A DNA stretch of 64,000 nt. Source: an uncultured Eubacteriales bacterium (lineage in GTDB: Bacteria > Acidobacteriota > Aminicenantia > Aminicenantales > UBA4085). The stretch is from NCBI GenBank assembly GCA_964556755.1, contig CAZKXI010000012.1, positions 11,683 through 75,682 on the forward strand, in the 5' to 3' direction. Position 1 is the first letter of the stretch. The number at the start of each line of letters is the position of its first letter. The position numbers and the translations under genes are program-made. Positions 62,633 through 64,000 of the stretch are shown piece by piece. The notes beneath the pieces were generated by a model. That model ran no database searches and was not told the DNA's origin. It saw nothing but the letters and a program-made list of their open reading frames with translations.

Positions 62633-63243
62633 GCCCGGTGGGATCCCGCCTGGCTTTCGCGGCCGCCAGCTACCTGCTGGGCGCTTTCCCGACCGGCTAT
62701 CTGGCGGTTCGCCTGCGGAGCGGCCGCGACGTCCGATCGCAGGGAAGCGGCGGCACGGGAGCCACCAACGTCCTGCGGGCCAGCGGCTGGGCCACGGCCT
62801 TGCCGGTGGCCATGATCGACATGCTCAAGGGCGCCGCGCCGGCTTGGCTGGCTCTGCGGTGGCTCGGCGATCCCGTCTTCGCCGGGCTGGCCGCGGCCTT
62901 GGCCGTCCTGGGCCACTGCTATCCCATCAGCCTCGGCTTTCGCGGCGGCAAGGGCGTGGCTACAGGCGCCGGGGCCATGGCTGTCCTGGCTCCCCTGCCG
63001 ATGGCGGCGGCGCTGGGCCTCTTTCTGGCCGTCGTGGCGGCCTTTCGCTACGTCTCGCTCGGCTCGATCCTGGCGGCCGCGGCCTTTCCGGTCTTTGTCG
63101 GGATCTTCGGCCGCGGCTGGACCGCCGCCCTCGTCGGCCTTCCGATCGTGATGATCATCTTCGTCCGGCACGCCCCGAACATCCGCCGGCTGCTCTCCGG
63201 CCGGGAGCCGAAGCTGGGCTCGGCCAGGCGGGGTCCGGCATGA
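62629..63243 (+). CDS. plsY: Glycerol-3-phosphate acyltransferase PlsY
   Basis: PlsY family membrane protein (GSGGTGATN). Confidence 0.9.
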   Translation: MSPVGSRLAFAAASYLLGAFPTGYLAVRLRSGRDVRSQGSGGTGATNVLRASGWATALPVAMIDMLKGAAPAWLALRWLGDPVFAGLAAALAVLGHCYPISLGFRGGKGVATGAGAMAVLAPLPMAAALGLFLAVVAAFRYVSLGSILAAAAFPVFVGIFGRGWTAALVGLPIVMIIFVRHAPNIRRLLSGREPKLGSARRGPA

Positions 63244-64000
63244 AGGCCTGCGTCATCGGCGGCGGCGCCTGGGGCTCGGCCTTCGCCATTCACCTCGGCC
63301 GCATCGGCCTGCCGACCCGGCTCTGGATCCGGGAGCCGGAGATCCTCGAGGCCGCCCGCCGGACGCGCGAGAATCCGGTCTTTCTGCCCGGCTGCGAGTT
63401 TCCGGCCGCCGTCTCTTTCCACGGGGATGTGGGCGAAGCCATGGCCGGGGCGGAAGCCGTCTTCGTGGCCGTTCCTTCGCCCTACTGCCGCCCGCTCTAT
63501 GGCCGCCTGGCCGCGGGCCTGGAACCGGGGCAGGCCGTCATCAGCCTGACCAAGGGCATCGAGCGGTCAACCCTCAAGCGCATGACCGAGCTGATGGCCG
63601 AGTGCTTCCCGCCCGCGCCCCGGCCGCTGGCCGTCCTGTCCGGGCCCAGCTTCTCGCGCGAGGTCGCCGAAGGCCACCCGACGGCCCTGGTCCTGGCCTC
63701 CTCCGAGAGCGACTGGGCCCGGCGCTGGCAGCGCATCCTGTCCGGCCCGAGCCTGCGCCTCTATACTAGCCGGGACGTCATCGGCGTCGAGCTGGCCGGG
63801 TCGGTCAAGAACGTCATCGCCATCGCGGCCGGCATCAGCGACGGGCTCGGCTTCGGCCACAACGCGCGGGCTTCGCTCCTGACCCGGGGACTGGCCGAGA
63901 TCGCCCGCCTCGGACAGCGCCTGGGGGCCCGGCCGCGGACCTTCTCCGGGCTGGCCGGGATGGGCGACTTGGTCCTGACCTGCACGGGGCACCTCAGCCG
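63240..64000 (+). CDS. gpsA: NAD(P)H-dependent glycerol-3-phosphate dehydrogenase, 5' portion (runs off window end)
   Basis: MKACVIGGGAWGSAFA Rossmann motif. ATGA overlap with plsY. Confidence 0.9.
   Translation, partial: MKACVIGGGAWGSAFAIHLGRIGLPTRLWIREPEILEAARRTRENPVFLPGCEFPAAVSFHGDVGEAMAGAEAVFVAVPSPYCRPLYGRLAAGLEPGQAVISLTKGIERSTLKRMTELMAECFPPAPRPLAVLSGPSFSREVAEGHPTALVLASSESDWARRWQRILSGPSLRLYTSRDVIGVELAGSVKNVIAIAAGISDGLGFGHNARASLLTRGLAEIARLGQRLGARPRTFSGLAGMGDLVLTCTGHLS

Overview
This is a high-GC (roughly 68-70%) bacterial chromosomal segment, densely coding on both strands. Almost every gene can be assigned by recognisable family signatures in the translated ORFs. I cannot place the lineage with confidence; the gene content (PilT, TPR-rich secreted proteins, GH57 enzymes, Tat-signal hydrolases) is compatible with an Acidobacteria-like or similar Gram-negative organism.

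Housekeeping content, in order: a PilT C-terminal fragment, alaS, a lytic transglycosylase, a YegS-like lipid kinase with a DUF2085 and GT87-like membrane gene cluster, a secreted trypsin-like-domain/TPR protein, tRNA-Leu(UAG), tig-clpP-clpX-lon-rho, rlmI, a NUDIX gene, glgA, a serC-serA pair, nifS, asnS-rimO, pgpA-cinA-thpR-plsY-gpsA.

The more unusual content is:
1. A roughly 3.2-kb lower-GC island (about 17040-20280) carrying a CDGSH Fe-S protein, a parA-parB pair, DnaA-box-like direct repeats with an embedded palindrome, and AT-rich DNA. It looks horizontally acquired, or else marks a partition/origin-like locus.
2. A tightly overlapping minus-strand operon (41666 down to 34876) that joins a split PurH (a PurO-type IMP cyclohydrolase plus an AICAR-transformylase-only protein) to an M28 peptidase, two GH57 paralogs and a GalT-like nucleotidyltransferase. 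glgA and two beta-barrel OMP genes lie just downstream, and no glgC is present in the window.
3. A membrane-fusion-protein/TolC pair with no transporter gene, sitting downstream of a beta-CASP MBL RNase.
4. A 2Fe-2S/ASKHA (RACo-like) protein next to a PmbA/TldD pair in which TldD carries a Tat signal.
5. Two tandem paralogous secreted or outer-membrane proteins of unknown family.

I found no CRISPR array, transposase, integrase or phage genes. The many long antisense ORFs in the six-frame track are GC-bias artefacts.
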